Below, one piece after another: positions 44,972-56,421 of a stretch of DNA of 64,000 bases. The translations under genes and the position numbers were made by a program. The DNA lies in assembly GCA_963789395.1 (NCBI GenBank), contig CAWBKP010000010.1, positions 32,001-96,000 of the forward strand. The letters run 5' to 3'. Each line of letters starts with the position of its first letter. Position 1 is the first letter of the stretch. Under the pieces are notes generated by a model. It had not been told where the DNA came from, made no database searches, and was given only the letters and a program-made list of their open reading frames with translations. Source of the DNA: an uncultured delta proteobacterium (lineage in GTDB: Bacteria; Desulfobacterota; Desulfobacteria; Desulfobacterales; Desulfatirhabdiaceae).

Positions 44972-45928
44972 TCAGTCTTCATGCTTTGTTCTTAAGCCGT
45001 TCAACACCTGAATCATGTCCTCTGGAATCGGCGCCTCCACGTGCATTTTTTCCCCGGTCGCCGGATGGGTAAAGGCAATGCGCCATGCGTGCAGCATCTG
45101 ACGGGCTACGGTTTTCAGAACAGCCGGCAGGTGCGCCCCGGAATTCCGATACCCGTAAACCGTATCGCCGACAACCGGGTGCTGCATCGACGCACAGTGC
45201 ACGCGAATCTGATGCGTTCTGCCGGTCTTGATTTCTATTTCAAGAAAGGATGCTGTGTCAAACAATTCCTTCACCCGCCAGAGGGTTCTGGCGTCCCGGT
45301 TTCTTTTGCTCAGAACGGACATTTTTTTCCGATCCACCGGATGTCTGCCGATTGGCAGATCAATAACGCCGCTTGCGGTTTTCATTCTTCCAGCAACCAG
45401 CGCCAGATAGGTTTTTTGAAGAGATCTGTCTTTGAACTGCGCGGCAAGATGCACCTGCGCCGCCGCTGTTTTGGCGACAACGAGAATGCCGGAGGTGTCC
45501 TTGTCCAGTCGGTGAACGATTCCGGGGCGGATTTTCCCGCCGATGCCCTCCAAATCCGGACAATGGTACAGAATCGCATTCACAAGGGTCCCCGAGAAAT
45601 GACCGGGGGCCGGATGGACCACCATTCCGGCGGGTTTGTCGATCACCAGGATGTCGTCATCTTCATGAAGGATACAGAACGGGATGGCTTCGGGTTCACA
45701 GGCGATGGGTTCTGGGGCGGGAATATTGCCGGAAATGATTTCGCCGGCCTTCACCCGGTAGCCGGGTTTTCTAATTTCGTTCAGGACTTGAATCTGTCCT
45801 TCCCGAAGGAGATTGGCAGCCATGGAGCGGGAACAGCCGGCAACCTGCAGCGCAATTACATTATCCAGACGCTCTCCGGCCTGTTCTTTCAAGACTGAAA
45901 AAGAAAACGGGCCGTGGAAAGGCATCAT
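44972..45928 (-). CDS. rluD: RluA/RluD-family pseudouridine synthase
   Basis: S4 domain; KPAGMVVHP, HRLDKDTSG, TGRTHQIRVH. Confidence 0.9.
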   Translation of the reverse strand: MMPFHGPFSFSVLKEQAGERLDNVIALQVAGCSRSMAANLLREGQIQVLNEIRKPGYRVKAGEIISGNIPAPEPIACEPEAIPFCILHEDDDILVIDKPAGMVVHPAPGHFSGTLVNAILYHCPDLEGIGGKIRPGIVHRLDKDTSGILVVAKTAAAQVHLAAQFKDRSLQKTYLALVAGRMKTASGVIDLPIGRHPVDRKKMSVLSKRNRDARTLWRVKELFDTASFLEIEIKTGRTHQIRVHCASMQHPVVGDTVYGYRNSGAHLPAVLKTVARQMLHAWRIAFTHPATGEKMHVEAPIPEDMIQVLNGLRTKHED

Positions 45929-45938
45929 GGAAAGTTCA

Positions 45939-46499
45939 TTAAGCCGCGGCGGTCTCCTGAATAAACAGGGACTCGATTTCCAGAAGAACCGAATCTTCGG
46001 TTGTCTGCTTGGATGTGGAAAGCTCTTTAATCAGAAGGGTCTGGGCCGTATCATACAGTTTTCGTTCGCCAAAGGACAAATCCTTGGTCAGCTTCAGCAG
46101 GTAAAGATCCCGGAACACTTCCGCAACGTCAAACAGGGAGCCGGTCTTGATTTTTTCCATATAATCCCGGTATCTGCGATTCCAGGTTTGGGATTCAGCC
46201 GCAATATCCCTTTGATTTTTCATTAGATCGTAGATTTTAGGAATTTCATCTTCCTGAATGAGATCTCGAAGACCCACGGAATGCACGTTCCATGTAGGAA
46301 TCATGATGACCATACCGTTTTCGAGAATTTTCATGATATAAAAATCATGTTTTTCTCCGTTCACCACTTTGCATTCAATGGCATCGATGCGACCGACACC
46401 ATGAGCCGGGTATACGGCCAGATCACCAACCCGGAATTTTTTGGAGCTGGCTGTGGAAGGTTGAACCTTGTCTTTACTTTTTTTATCATAAAGTTTCAT
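45939..46499 (-). CDS. carD: CarD-family transcription factor
   Basis: GDLAVYPAHGVGRI, WNRRYR, LSFGERK. Confidence 0.93.
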   Translation of the reverse strand: MKLYDKKSKDKVQPSTASSKKFRVGDLAVYPAHGVGRIDAIECKVVNGEKHDFYIMKILENGMVIMIPTWNVHSVGLRDLIQEDEIPKIYDLMKNQRDIAAESQTWNRRYRDYMEKIKTGSLFDVAEVFRDLYLLKLTKDLSFGERKLYDTAQTLLIKELSTSKQTTEDSVLLEIESLFIQETAAA

Positions 46500-46630
46500 A
46501 GTGTACCATGTCTAACCAGTATCAGGGCGTGGAATTCGGGACATCGGATGAGGAAACTGCGCTTGAAGCAGGACAATTAAATCTCGCCTACTTGATATAG
46601 ATTATTATCACACATCAACGGAACAAGCAA

Positions 46631-46670
46631 TAAAAAAGGACCGGAGCCTTGCGGCGCCGGTCCTTTTTTA
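46631..46670 (-). terminator. Intrinsic terminator downstream of hppA
   Basis: TAAAAAAGGACCGG...CCGGTCCTTTTTTA. Confidence 0.9.
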
Positions 46671-46700
46671 ACTACTCAACAAGATATAAAACGCTTGAGA

Positions 46701-48717
46701 CTACATCAGGAACGGAACCATCAGCAGTGCCACAACGTTCAGAATCTTGATCATCGGGTTAACAGCAGGACCTGCGGTGTCTTTGTAGGGATCGCCGACA
46801 GTGTCGCCGGTAACCGCGGCTTTATGGGCATCGCTGCCCTTTCCGCCAAGATGACCGTCTTCAATGTATTTCTTTGCATTGTCCCATGCAGCCCCACCGG
46901 TTGTCATGGAGATGGCCACAAAAAGACCGGTGACGATGCTGCCGATCAGAAGACCGCCCAGAGCCACTTTGCCCAGGAGGAAGCCGACGATGATCGGTGC
47001 AACAACCGGCAGGATGGCCGGAACAATCATTTCCTTTAAAGCGAACTTGGTAACGATATCCACGCATGCGCCGTAATCGGGTTTTGCGGTACCTTCCATG
47101 ATTCCGGGGATGGTGCGGAATTGTCTGCGGACTTCTTCAACAACCGCGCCGCCGGCATTACCGACTGCTTTCATGGCAATGGAGGCAAACAGATACGGCA
47201 GCAGGCCGCCGATAAACAGACCGATGATAACTCTTACATCGGAAAGGTCAAACCTGATGGCCTCTGCACCCTTTGCGCCCAGGAAATGAAAATTCCTGAA
47301 CATAGGCGGCAAAAAGAACCAGAGCAGCCAGACCGGCGGAACCAATGGCATAACCTTTGGTAACGGCCTTGGTGGTGTTGCCGACTGCATCCAGCGGATC
47401 GGTGACAGCGCGGACGCTTTCATCCATTCCAGCCATTTCGGCAATGCCGCCGGCGTTGTCGGTAATGGGGCCGTAAGCATCAATGGCGATAACCATACCG
47501 GTCATGGAGAGCATGGACATGGCGGCCATGGCAATGCCATAAAGTCCGGCAAAATGATGTGCGGCAAAAATGGCGATACAGATCGTGATAACCGGAGCGG
47601 CAGTGGACTGCATGCTGACGGCAAGACCGGCAATGATGTTGGTGCCGTGACCGGTGGCGGAAGCATCTGCAATGCCTTTAACCGGTGCATATTTTCCGGT
47701 GTAGAATTCGGTGATGATAACAATCACAACCGTCAGAATCAAGCCGACCAGGGTACAAAAATAAATATTCATGGCGGAAATGGTGCCAAGGCCGCCCATA
47801 TATTTCATGGTGACAAAATAAAAGGCAACAGCCGCAATAATGGCGGCGCCGAACATGCCTTTATACAGAGCGCCCATGATGTATTCGCCTTTGCCAAGTC
47901 TGACAAAGAAAATGGCGATCATGGAAGCCACAATGGAAATGGCGCCAAGGACCAGCGGAAATTCCGCGGCAATCAGAATTTTGGGGAAAAGCAGATGACC
48001 GATCAGCATGGCGGCAACAGCGGTAACCGCATAGGTTTCAAACAAGTCGGCAGCCATACCCGCGCAGTCGCCGACATTGTCGCCCACGTTATCCGCGATA
48101 ACAGCCGGGTTTCTGGGATCGTCTTCCGGAATTCCGGCTTCGACTTTACCCACCAGGTCAGCGCCGACATCCGCGCCCTTGGTGAAGATACCGCCGCCCA
48201 GCCGGGCGAAAATGGAGATCAAGCTGCCGCCAAATCCCAGGGCAACCAGAGCCATGATATCATGGGTGAAATAATAATAGCCGGCAACGGAAGTCAGCGC
48301 CAGGCCGGCAACCATCATACCGGTAACCGAACCGCCTTTGAAGGCAAGCGCAAGACCTGCAGCCAGGCCTTTTCTTGAAGCTTCAGCGGTTCTGACATTG
48401 GCAATAACCGACACTCTCATGCCGACATAGCCTGCGATAAAAGAGGCCACTGCGCCGATCAGAAAGCCGATGGCTGATTTCTGGCCCAGGGTAGAAAAAA
48501 TGATGACAAAAATGATAGCGCCGACAATAGACATGCTTTTTAACTGACGATTCAGGTATGCAATCGCACCTTCCTGAATGGCTGCCGCAATTTCCTGCAT
48601 CTTTTCATTACCCGCCGGAGCAGCTTTAACAACCGTAGCCAGCGCAATCGCAAAAAGGACACCAATTACACCCACCAGCGTACACGTCAATGGAATATTT
48701 GCCAGTACGTAGTCCAT
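46701..48717 (-). CDS. hppA: Membrane-bound H+-translocating pyrophosphatase, K+-independent type; frameshift near 47283
   Basis: [26 protein letters not shown] (Lys variant), [11 protein letters not shown]. Confidence 0.93.
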
Positions 48718-49367
48718 TATTTCCCTCCATCTGTTGTTTGACTTGAAATTGTGATTATCGATCGATTGAAACGATTCATCCCTTCCTTTGCACCATTACA
48801 AAGGATGGTTACTGCCGCATCCCGGGCCCGGGAAATGATGTGTTCCAGCATTCTGCTTTCTTCTGGATTAAAGGATGATAAGACATGATCCACAGCATTC
48901 ATTCCTGCCTCGGGACGCCCGATGCCCATGCGAAGGCGGGCAAAGTCTCCTCCGCCAAAAGCATCTATCAACGACTGAATACCATTATGTCCCCCGCTCC
49001 CTCCTTTCTCTTTAATTTTAATTCTTCCAAATGCAAGGTCCATGTCGTCATGGACAATTAACATATCTTCACAGGATAGACCAAAACTTTGAGCAAGTTG
49101 GTAAACCGGACTTCCGCTGAGATTCATATAGGCCATCGGCTGCACCAGGATAACTTCCCTGCCCCGTATGCACCCTATGCCGACCCGCGCATTGGCCGGA
49201 TGCATTTCAAGGGAAATGACAAATTCGCGGGAAATGGCAGCAATGACTTCAAAACCGATATTGTGCCGGGTCGCTGAATATTTGAGACCCGGGTTTCCGA
49301 GCCCGACGATCATAAAGCTTCGGCACCCGTAAGTCGCTTCGGCTGCTTCGGATTCGTTTTCAGCCAT
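48717..49367 (-). CDS. pth: Peptidyl-tRNA hydrolase
   Basis: VGLGNPG, TRHNIGF, YMNLSG, GGHNG. Confidence 0.96.
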   Translation of the reverse strand: MAENESEAAEATYGCRSFMIVGLGNPGLKYSATRHNIGFEVIAAISREFVISLEMHPANARVGIGCIRGREVILVQPMAYMNLSGSPVYQLAQSFGLSCEDMLIVHDDMDLAFGRIKIKEKGGSGGHNGIQSLIDAFGGGDFARLRMGIGRPEAGMNAVDHVLSSFNPEESRMLEHIISRARDAAVTILCNGAKEGMNRFNRSIITISSQTTDGGK

Positions 49368-49404
49368 CCAGGATCATCCGACGATTACAACAATGTCGCT
49401 CAGA

Positions 49405-50022
49405 TCATTTCGCCGGAGCAGCCGCTGCTGCTGCTTCTTCAGCAGGTGCTTTTTCATCGGACTTGGTGCTGAGAATGGTCAAAATGGTATAATTTGTATC
49501 CGCAGGGATTTCAACATTCTCAGAGACCTTTAAATCTTTGACATGGACGGAATCCCCGATTTCCAGATCCGAGATATCAATCTGAATGGATTCCGGAACT
49601 TCAAACGGCAGGCACAGCACTTCAATCTCCCGTTTGATGATCTGAAGCATGCCGCCGTCTTCAATCCCTTTTGCCTTGCCTTTGACAACGACCGGAACAT
49701 CGACCGTGATTTTGCGGTCTTTTGAAATTTCATAGAAATCCACATGAAGAAATTTTCTGGACATCGGGTGGATCTGCATCTCTTTAATCATGGCGCTGCG
49801 ATTGCCGGTTTGAGCGTTTTGAATTGCCATATTGAAGATGATCTGACTGACGGATGCCTTTTTCAGGGCATGCTCTAAATCCAGGGATGAAATTGACAGT
49901 GAAATGGATTCGGTCCCCGGTCCGTAGAGCACGGCAGGAATATTTCCTTCCCGCCTCAGTGCGCGTGAAGGGCTGTTTCCGGCTGATGTTCTCATATTAG
50001 CAGTAAGTTCAAGTATCTCCAA
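49405..50022 (-). CDS. rplY: 50S ribosomal protein L25/Ctc
   Basis: LRREGNIPAVLYG, HVDFY; prs-rplY-pth synteny. Confidence 0.95.
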   Translation of the reverse strand: MEILELTANMRTSAGNSPSRALRREGNIPAVLYGPGTESISLSISSLDLEHALKKASVSQIIFNMAIQNAQTGNRSAMIKEMQIHPMSRKFLHVDFYEISKDRKITVDVPVVVKGKAKGIEDGGMLQIIKREIEVLCLPFEVPESIQIDISDLEIGDSVHVKDLKVSENVEIPADTNYTILTILSTKSDEKAPAEEAAAAAAPAK

Positions 50023-50073
50023 AAAAACCTCCTTAATCTATTCTTCAATCCGTCATGGATTAAACCAGCGTGT

Positions 50074-51027
50074 TTATACAAATAATGATGTTACCGAATC
50101 CCCTCTGTGGCTTCGGATGATAGCTTCTCCTACCAGACGGGAAATACTGAGAACCTTCATTTTTTCACATTCAGCCGCAGCATTTCTCAATGGAATCGTA
50201 TCCGTGACAATAAAACTTTTTAATTCAGAAGACATGATCCGATCGACCGCCGGGCCGGACAGAACAGGATGAGAGCAGCATGCATGGACTTCTCTGGCGC
50301 CTTTCTCCATAATCACGGCAGCAGCTTGGGTAACCGTTCCGGCGGTATCGACCATATCATCCAGAATGATGGCCACTTTACCGGAGACATCCCCGATAAG
50401 TGCCATTGCCTTGGCTTTGTTGGGCGCTTCCCGGCGCTTATCCACGATGGCAAGACCCGCATTAAGGCGTTTGGCAAAAGCCCTGGCCCTTTCAACCCCG
50501 CCGGCATCAGGCGAAACCACAACAAGGTCGCTCTCAAATTTATTTTTGATATAGTCCAGTATCACCGGCGCAGCAAAGAGGTTATCCACGGGAATACTGA
50601 AAAAACCCTGAATCTGGCCAGCGTGCAGATCCATGGTGATCACCCGGTTTGCACCGGATACCGTAATGATATCGGCAACGAGCTTGGCGCTGATCGGCAC
50701 CCTCGGCGCCACTTTTTTATCCTGCCGTGCATAACCGAAATAGGGTATGACAGCCGTGATTCTTCTGGCAGAAGACCGCTTGAAGGCATCGATCATCAGC
50801 AGGAGTTCCACAAGGTGATCATTCACCGGAGAACTTGTGGATTGAATTACAAAAATATCCTTTGACCGGACATTTTCATCGATTTCAATCTGAAGCTCAC
50901 CATCGCTGAATGTTTTGACCTTGGCGCCTCCCAAGGGCAAATCCAGATATTGACATATCTTCTGCGCCAGTTCAGGATTTGAGTTTCCTGAAAAAATCCC
51001 CAGTCCGTTTGTCGCAAACCCGCTCAT
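50074..51027 (-). CDS. prs: Ribose-phosphate pyrophosphokinase
   Basis: [34 protein letters not shown]. Confidence 0.97.
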   Translation of the reverse strand: MSGFATNGLGIFSGNSNPELAQKICQYLDLPLGGAKVKTFSDGELQIEIDENVRSKDIFVIQSTSSPVNDHLVELLLMIDAFKRSSARRITAVIPYFGYARQDKKVAPRVPISAKLVADIITVSGANRVITMDLHAGQIQGFFSIPVDNLFAAPVILDYIKNKFESDLVVVSPDAGGVERARAFAKRLNAGLAIVDKRREAPNKAKAMALIGDVSGKVAIILDDMVDTAGTVTQAAAVIMEKGAREVHACCSHPVLSGPAVDRIMSSELKSFIVTDTIPLRNAAAECEKMKVLSISRLVGEAIIRSHRGDSVTSLFV

Positions 51028-51122
51028 TTGGAATCTTCCTATGCTTCCCTCAGTCGACAACCCATCGTGTGTACGCTGAAACTTTTTGATCGCGCATGTT
51101 CATAAGCCCCGACTGTTATGAC

Positions 51123-51197
51123 TGGCTGGGGCGGGAGGATTCGAACCTCCGAGTGCAGGAACCAAAATCCTGTGTCTTACCGCTTGACGACGCCCCA
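51123..51197 (-). tRNA. tRNA-Gln (anticodon TTG)
   Basis: TGGGGCG acceptor stem, CAGGA-TTTTGGT-TCCTG anticodon arm, GGTTCGAATCC, 3' CCA; ispE-tRNA-prs synteny. Confidence 0.97.
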
Positions 51198-51215
51198 GCA
51201 TGAAAACCGGACAGG

Positions 51216-52068
51216 CTAAACCAGCAGTTGCGTCACAAAACACGACCATCTCTGGTTTTCGGACAGGGTTTTAAACGCTTTGCTCGCTCGATCCGGGTCC
51301 AAAAAAATACCAAATACGGTTGGACCGCTTCCCGACATCAACGATCCGATAGCCCCTTGATCCAGCAAGGCTTTTTTTATGTCAGAAAGCTCCGGATACC
51401 AGGAAATGGTAACAGTTTCAAGATCGTTACACAGATGGTGAAGCGGATTAAACCCCTTGTTCAAAGGAAAACTTTTAAGCTTTTGTTCGCAGTTTGTCAA
51501 TCCCAAATTCAGGTTTTTATAGACATCGGCGGTGCTAACCCGTATCTCGGGATGTATCAATACAATTGAATACGGTTGAATTTCTTCAATAAATTCAAGG
51601 TGATCTCCTACACCGGTTGCCAGCGCAGGCTTTTGATAAATAAAAAACGGCACATCCGCCCCAAGGGTCAACGCCAGGGATGCCAGGTCCCGATTTGAAA
51701 AAGGATGCCCATAATGGGCGTTCAGACCTGAAAGGACACTGGCGGCATTGCTGCTGCCCCCCCCGAGGCCGGCTGCAACGGGAATGCGTTTTTCGATAAA
51801 AATACCGACACCGCCCGAATGACCCAATGCATCAAAAAAACATTCGGCCGCGCGACATGCAATGTTGGTTTGATCTTCCGGAACTGCAGGATGCGTGCAG
51901 AAAACGGTTATCTTTGAAGCTTGAAAGTCCAGCACCAAGGAGTCATACAGGGCTATCCGCGCACATCAATGAATGCAGATCATGGTATCCATCCGATCGT
52001 TTTCCGAGGATGTGAAGAAACAGGTTGATTTTAGCGGGCGAGTTGATTTTCAAGATAGCGGCTTCCAA
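51216..52068 (-). CDS. ispE: 4-diphosphocytidyl-2C-methyl-D-erythritol kinase; frameshift near 51958
   Basis: N-terminal [17 protein letters not shown] in the upstream frame; [29 protein letters not shown]. Confidence 0.93.
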
Positions 52069-52140
52069 AAAAATATTGACAAATCCATGGGATTATAGAT
52101 AAAGATAGTTCAAAAATAAAGGAAGAAATCGGAAACACGA

Positions 52141-52209
52141 ATGAAACGGTATCAGCTTTCAATTGACATGGGTAATAAAGGATGGTGGCGCTGGCAAACT
52201 GAATACTAG
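52141..52209 (+). CDS. trpL: Trp operon leader peptide MKRYQLSIDMGNKGWWRWQTEY
   Basis: Three TGG codons at 52183, 52186 and 52192; alternative start ATG 52168; lies ~150 nt before trpE, ahead of terminator hairpins. Confidence 0.8.
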   Translation: MKRYQLSIDMGNKGWWRWQTEY

Positions 52210-52249
52210 GGGTGCGCCAACGAACGCTGATTAGTAAATTATAATCTCT

Positions 52250-52339
52250 AAAAAGGATCGTGAGCAACCCAAAGCCCATGATCCTTTTTTTATTCCAATA
52301 AAGGGGATCGTGGAAAACAAATCCATGACCCCCTTTTTT
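52250..52339 (+). terminator. trp attenuator: two related terminator-like hairpins
   Basis: AAAAAGGATCGTG...CATGATCCTTTTTTT (52250-52291) and AAAGGGGATCGTGGA...TCCATGACCCCCTTTTTT (52300-52339). Confidence 0.8.
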
Positions 52340-52357
52340 ATTGCAAAAGGAGTTTTT

Positions 52358-53830
52358 ATGATTCTCCAGCAGTTTCCCTCGGAAGATGAATTCAAGCAGA
52401 TGACGAAAGAATTCAATGTCATTCCGTTGTGCGTTGAAATTCTTGCAGATACGGAAACCCCGGTTTCTCTGCTGCAAAAATGCCTCAATAAACAAGGCCC
52501 TCTTTTTCTTTTTGAAAGCGTTGAAGGCGGAGAGCGATGGGGACGGTACAGTTTTCTGGGATTTTCCGCCCGTTCTCACATCGAGATTTTTCGGGACCGG
52601 GTGGATATTCATGACGCCCAGTGTTGCAAATCCATCTCCCACCAGGGGAACCCGCTGAATATTCTGAAGCAGATCATGAGCGCATATCGCCCTGCACATT
52701 ATCCCGGACTTCCCAGATTCTGGGGGGGACTCGTAGGATATTTCTCCTATGAACTCGTATCATTTTTTGAAAAAATCCCCAACCATCTGCCCGAAGATAC
52801 CCCCTTGGCGCAATTGATGATTCCGGACCAATTAATGGTATTTGACAACATCCGGCACACCCTCCTGGCAATTGTCATATCCTTTCTGGACGCTTCTTCA
52901 AAACCCGATGAACAGTATCAAAACGCCGTTGAAACGCTTCAGGGCATTATTCGACTGGTCCAGTCCCGGACACCGGAAGCGCCTGAGCCGGTTGCCCGGC
53001 CTGCATCCCCTTTGAAGGCGTCCTCTCCGGAGGAAGCCTATCGCCGGCAGGTCCAGCAGGTCAAAGAACACATTCAGGCCGGAGACATCATTCAGGCCGT
53101 GCTGTCGCAGAAATTTATCTGCGACTCTCCTCCGGATCTCTGGATGCTGTATCGGGCACAGCGCTTTATCAACCCGTCACCATATCTATTTTTTCTCCGC
53201 ATGAATCAGCAGGCGCTGATCGGATCTTCTCCGGAAACCATGGTGCGCCTTGAAAACGGCATTGCCACCCTTCGACCCATTGCCGGAACCCGGCCCAGAG
53301 GGAAAACCGAGCAGGAAGACCGGGCCCTGGCCAATGAACTTCTGGGAGATGAAAAAGAGCGGGCAGAACACCTCATGCTGGTGGACCTTGGCCGCAATGA
53401 CCTGGGGCGGGTTGCGGAAACCGGCTCGGTTCAGGTGACGGATCTGATGGTGGTAGAACGCTACTCCCATGTCATGCACCTGGTGTCCAATATCACCAGT
53501 GATCTGAAATCCGGTCTGGATGCCTGGGATTTGCTCAGAGCCACGTTTCCGGCAGGAACACTCAGCGGCGCTCCCAAAGTGCGGGCCATGGAGATCATTG
53601 CCGATCTTGAACAGGAGCCCCGCGGACCATACGGCGGCGCAGTCGGGTATATTTCCTTCAGCGGAAACATGGATCTTGCCATTACCATCCGAACCGCCTG
53701 CATCGAGAACGGCAGACTAACGGTTCGGGCCGGAGCAGGCATTGTGGCGGATTCAAACCCCGAACGCGAACGCATTGAAACCGTGAACAAGGCCAAAGCC
53801 ATTGAAAAAGCACTTCAGCTTATCGGTTGA
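52358..53830 (+). CDS. trpE: Anthranilate synthase component I
   Basis: LFESVEGG..GRYS, NPSPY, PIAGT, AEHLMLVDL, FPAGTLSGAPK; AAAAGGAG RBS. Confidence 0.96.
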   Translation: MILQQFPSEDEFKQMTKEFNVIPLCVEILADTETPVSLLQKCLNKQGPLFLFESVEGGERWGRYSFLGFSARSHIEIFRDRVDIHDAQCCKSISHQGNPLNILKQIMSAYRPAHYPGLPRFWGGLVGYFSYELVSFFEKIPNHLPEDTPLAQLMIPDQLMVFDNIRHTLLAIVISFLDASSKPDEQYQNAVETLQGIIRLVQSRTPEAPEPVARPASPLKASSPEEAYRRQVQQVKEHIQAGDIIQAVLSQKFICDSPPDLWMLYRAQRFINPSPYLFFLRMNQQALIGSSPETMVRLENGIATLRPIAGTRPRGKTEQEDRALANELLGDEKERAEHLMLVDLGRNDLGRVAETGSVQVTDLMVVERYSHVMHLVSNITSDLKSGLDAWDLLRATFPAGTLSGAPKVRAMEIIADLEQEPRGPYGGAVGYISFSGNMDLAITIRTACIENGRLTVRAGAGIVADSNPERERIETVNKAKAIEKALQLIG

Positions 53831-53899
53831 TGCGTGCCTGCGGCATTCGGCATCCATGATTCGTTGTTTTATTGAATTGATTCATTTTGGAGAAATGCC

Positions 53900-54478
53900 A
53901 TGATCGTGATGATAGACAATTATGATTCTTTTACCTACAATCTTGTCCAGTATCTGGAACAAATCGGCAGCGCAGTCCGGGTCATCCGAAACGACGCGGC
54001 AACCGTTGATGAACTTGCCTCCTGGAACCCGGCCGGTATCGTGATTTCCCCGGGACCCGGAAGGCCGGATTCCGCCGGAATTTCCCTTGACGTAATCCAC
54101 CGGTTTTCCGGTCAAACTCCGATTCTTGGGGTTTGCCTCGGCCATCAGGCCATTGGCATGGCTTTTGGTGCAAAAATTGTCTCTGCCAAAAAACTCATGC
54201 ATGGAAAGACATCCGCCATTCACGCGGACGGAAAAACCCTGTATGAAGGGATAAAGCAGCCGTTTCAGGCCATGCGCTACCATTCTCTGGCGGTTGCCAG
54301 AGAGGGACTTCCAGACTGTCTGGAAATCAGCTCGGAATCTGAAGACGGTGAAATCATGGGGCTCCGGCACAAGGAACATGCCACGGAAGGCATTCAGTTT
54401 CACCCGGAATCCATCATGACCTCTGTCGGAAAACGGCTGCTTAAAAACTTTATAAAAATTACCGGATCACTTCACTAA
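53900..54478 (+). CDS. trpG: Anthranilate synthase component II
   Basis: IDNYDSF, SPGPG, GVCLGHQ, QFHPES. Confidence 0.95.
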   Translation: MIVMIDNYDSFTYNLVQYLEQIGSAVRVIRNDAATVDELASWNPAGIVISPGPGRPDSAGISLDVIHRFSGQTPILGVCLGHQAIGMAFGAKIVSAKKLMHGKTSAIHADGKTLYEGIKQPFQAMRYHSLAVAREGLPDCLEISSESEDGEIMGLRHKEHATEGIQFHPESIMTSVGKRLLKNFIKITGSLH

Positions 54479-54505
54479 CCCTGAACTTCCAAAGGAAAAC
54501 CAGTT

Positions 54506-55516
54506 ATGTTTAAAGAACATTTAAATAAGATGATCCATCGCATCAACCTGAGCGAATCCGAGATGGCGGAGATGATGACCGATATTTTTTCAGGGGAAAT
54601 AACCGATGCGCAAATCGGCGCGTTTATGGCGGCCCTTGCAACCAAAGGCGAAACTTTTGAGGAACTGGCAGGTGCCGCCAGAATCATGCGCCGGAAAGCC
54701 ACTCGTGTTCAGACATCGGCTGAGACCGTTGTGGATGTCGTCGGCACGGGCGGAGACGGCGCGCATACGTTTAACATCTCCACCACAACCGCCTTTGTTG
54801 TGGCAGGCTGCGGCGTCACGGTCGCCAAACACGGGAACCGTTCGGTATCCAGCAAATGCGGCAGTGCTGACCTGCTGGAAGCATTGGGTGTCAACCTGAA
54901 CTGCGAACCGGAAGTGGTTGAAGAAGCCATACGGGAAATCGGCATCGGGTTCTTGTTCGCCCCCCTGTATCACAGCGCCATGCGGTACGCGGCCAAAGCC
55001 AGAAAAGAAGTCGGCCTTCGCAGCATTTTTAATATGCTGGGGCCGCTCACCAATCCGGCAGGGGCAAATTGCCAGCTCCTTGGAGTCTATGCGCCGGAAC
55101 TGACCGAGATGTTCGCCCAGGCACTTCGACTTCTTGGCGCCAGATGCGCTTATGTGGTTCATGGTCATGACGGCCTGGATGAAATATCCATCTGCGCGCC
55201 GACCCGGATATCCGAACTTCGGGACGGAATGATCCGTACCTACGACATCAGTCCTGAGCAGTTTTTCGGACAACCTGCCAAACCCGAGGCGCTTACCGGC
55301 GGGGATCCTGCAACCAATGCCGCCATCACCCGCAATATCCTGAACGGGGAAAAAGGCCCCTGTCGGGATGTCGTCCTGATCAATGCCGCAGCCGCTCTGG
55401 TGGTTGCCGGGAAAACCGGGCAGTTGCATGACGGGATTCAGCTGGCGGCACAGGTCATTGACAGCGGTGCGGCAGCGGAAAAACTGGACAGCCTGATCCG
55501 GTTTACCACAGCATAA
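54506..55516 (+). CDS. trpD: Anthranilate phosphoribosyltransferase
   Basis: GTGGDG..TFNIST, KHGNRSVSS, GLDE. Confidence 0.96.
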   Translation: MFKEHLNKMIHRINLSESEMAEMMTDIFSGEITDAQIGAFMAALATKGETFEELAGAARIMRRKATRVQTSAETVVDVVGTGGDGAHTFNISTTTAFVVAGCGVTVAKHGNRSVSSKCGSADLLEALGVNLNCEPEVVEEAIREIGIGFLFAPLYHSAMRYAAKARKEVGLRSIFNMLGPLTNPAGANCQLLGVYAPELTEMFAQALRLLGARCAYVVHGHDGLDEISICAPTRISELRDGMIRTYDISPEQFFGQPAKPEALTGGDPATNAAITRNILNGEKGPCRDVVLINAAAALVVAGKTGQLHDGIQLAAQVIDSGAAAEKLDSLIRFTTA

Positions 55517-55534
55517 TGCTCGGGAAGGACATTC

Positions 55535-56324
55535 ATGACAGCCCATATATTAGATGCCATTGTTGAACAGAAACACCGGGAAATAGCCGATCTGATCCGG
55601 AAAACGCCTGAAAAACAACTTCGGGAGCAGGCCCTCCAGCCAAGAGAGCGCAGGCCATTTCTGGAAAAACTCAGACAGCCGGGACAAACCGGCATCAATA
55701 TCATCGCCGAAATCAAGCGGGCGTCACCTTCCAAAGGAATGCTCCGCTCCGATCTTGACCCGGTTAGCCTTGCCAGAAGCTATGAAGCCGGCGGGGTAGC
55801 CTGTCTGTCAGTGCTGACCGACCGGCAGTTTTTCAAGGGAAGTCCGGAGGACTTGCAGGCAGCCCGAGCAGCAACAAATCTTCCGGTCCTGCGAAAAGAT
55901 TTTCTCATATCTGCCGCGCAGATCTATGAGTCCCGCATTCTTGGGGCAGACGCCGTGCTGCTGATCGCCCGGATCCTTTCTGAAAATCAGCTCAGCGAAC
56001 TGCTGGATCTCTAGCCATGCGCTCGGCATGGATGCCCTGGTTGAGATCCATTCGGAATCGGATGCGGCATCCGCAGCCCGTTCCAAAGCCAAACTGATCG
56101 GCATCAACAACCGGAATCTACAGACGTTTCATACGGATATCGCAACCTCCACGCAACTGGTTTCACAGCTTTCACCCGATCAGATTCCGGTTGCCGCCAG
56201 CGGCATTCAAAACCGGCAGGACATTGATCGCCTCTTAACATCCGGAATATTCAATTTTCTGATCGGCGAAAGCCTGGTCAGATCCGAGGACCCGGCAGCT
56301 TTTTTGCGGACACTGATGGAATAG
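55535..56324 (+). CDS. trpC: Indole-3-glycerol phosphate synthase; frameshift near 56012
   Basis: [22 protein letters not shown], then LVEIH, GINNRNL, LIGESL in ORF 56028..56324. Confidence 0.93.
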
Positions 56325-56421
56325 TTGCTGATGGATTATCGAAAAATCAAAAGCAGAGCATGCAGAAAGTATTTTTTCTTTGGTTTTTGCGGCTCAACAA
56401 TTAGGACTTCATTTAAAACCC

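Noticed and set aside
51123..51197. tRNA-Gln as an island integration site
   Set aside because: Normal ispE-tRNA-prs context; no integrase and no duplicated tRNA 3' end seen
55535..56324. trpC and ispE as real pseudogenes or programmed frameshifts
   Set aside because: Isolated indels without slippery sites, matching the window-wide error pattern
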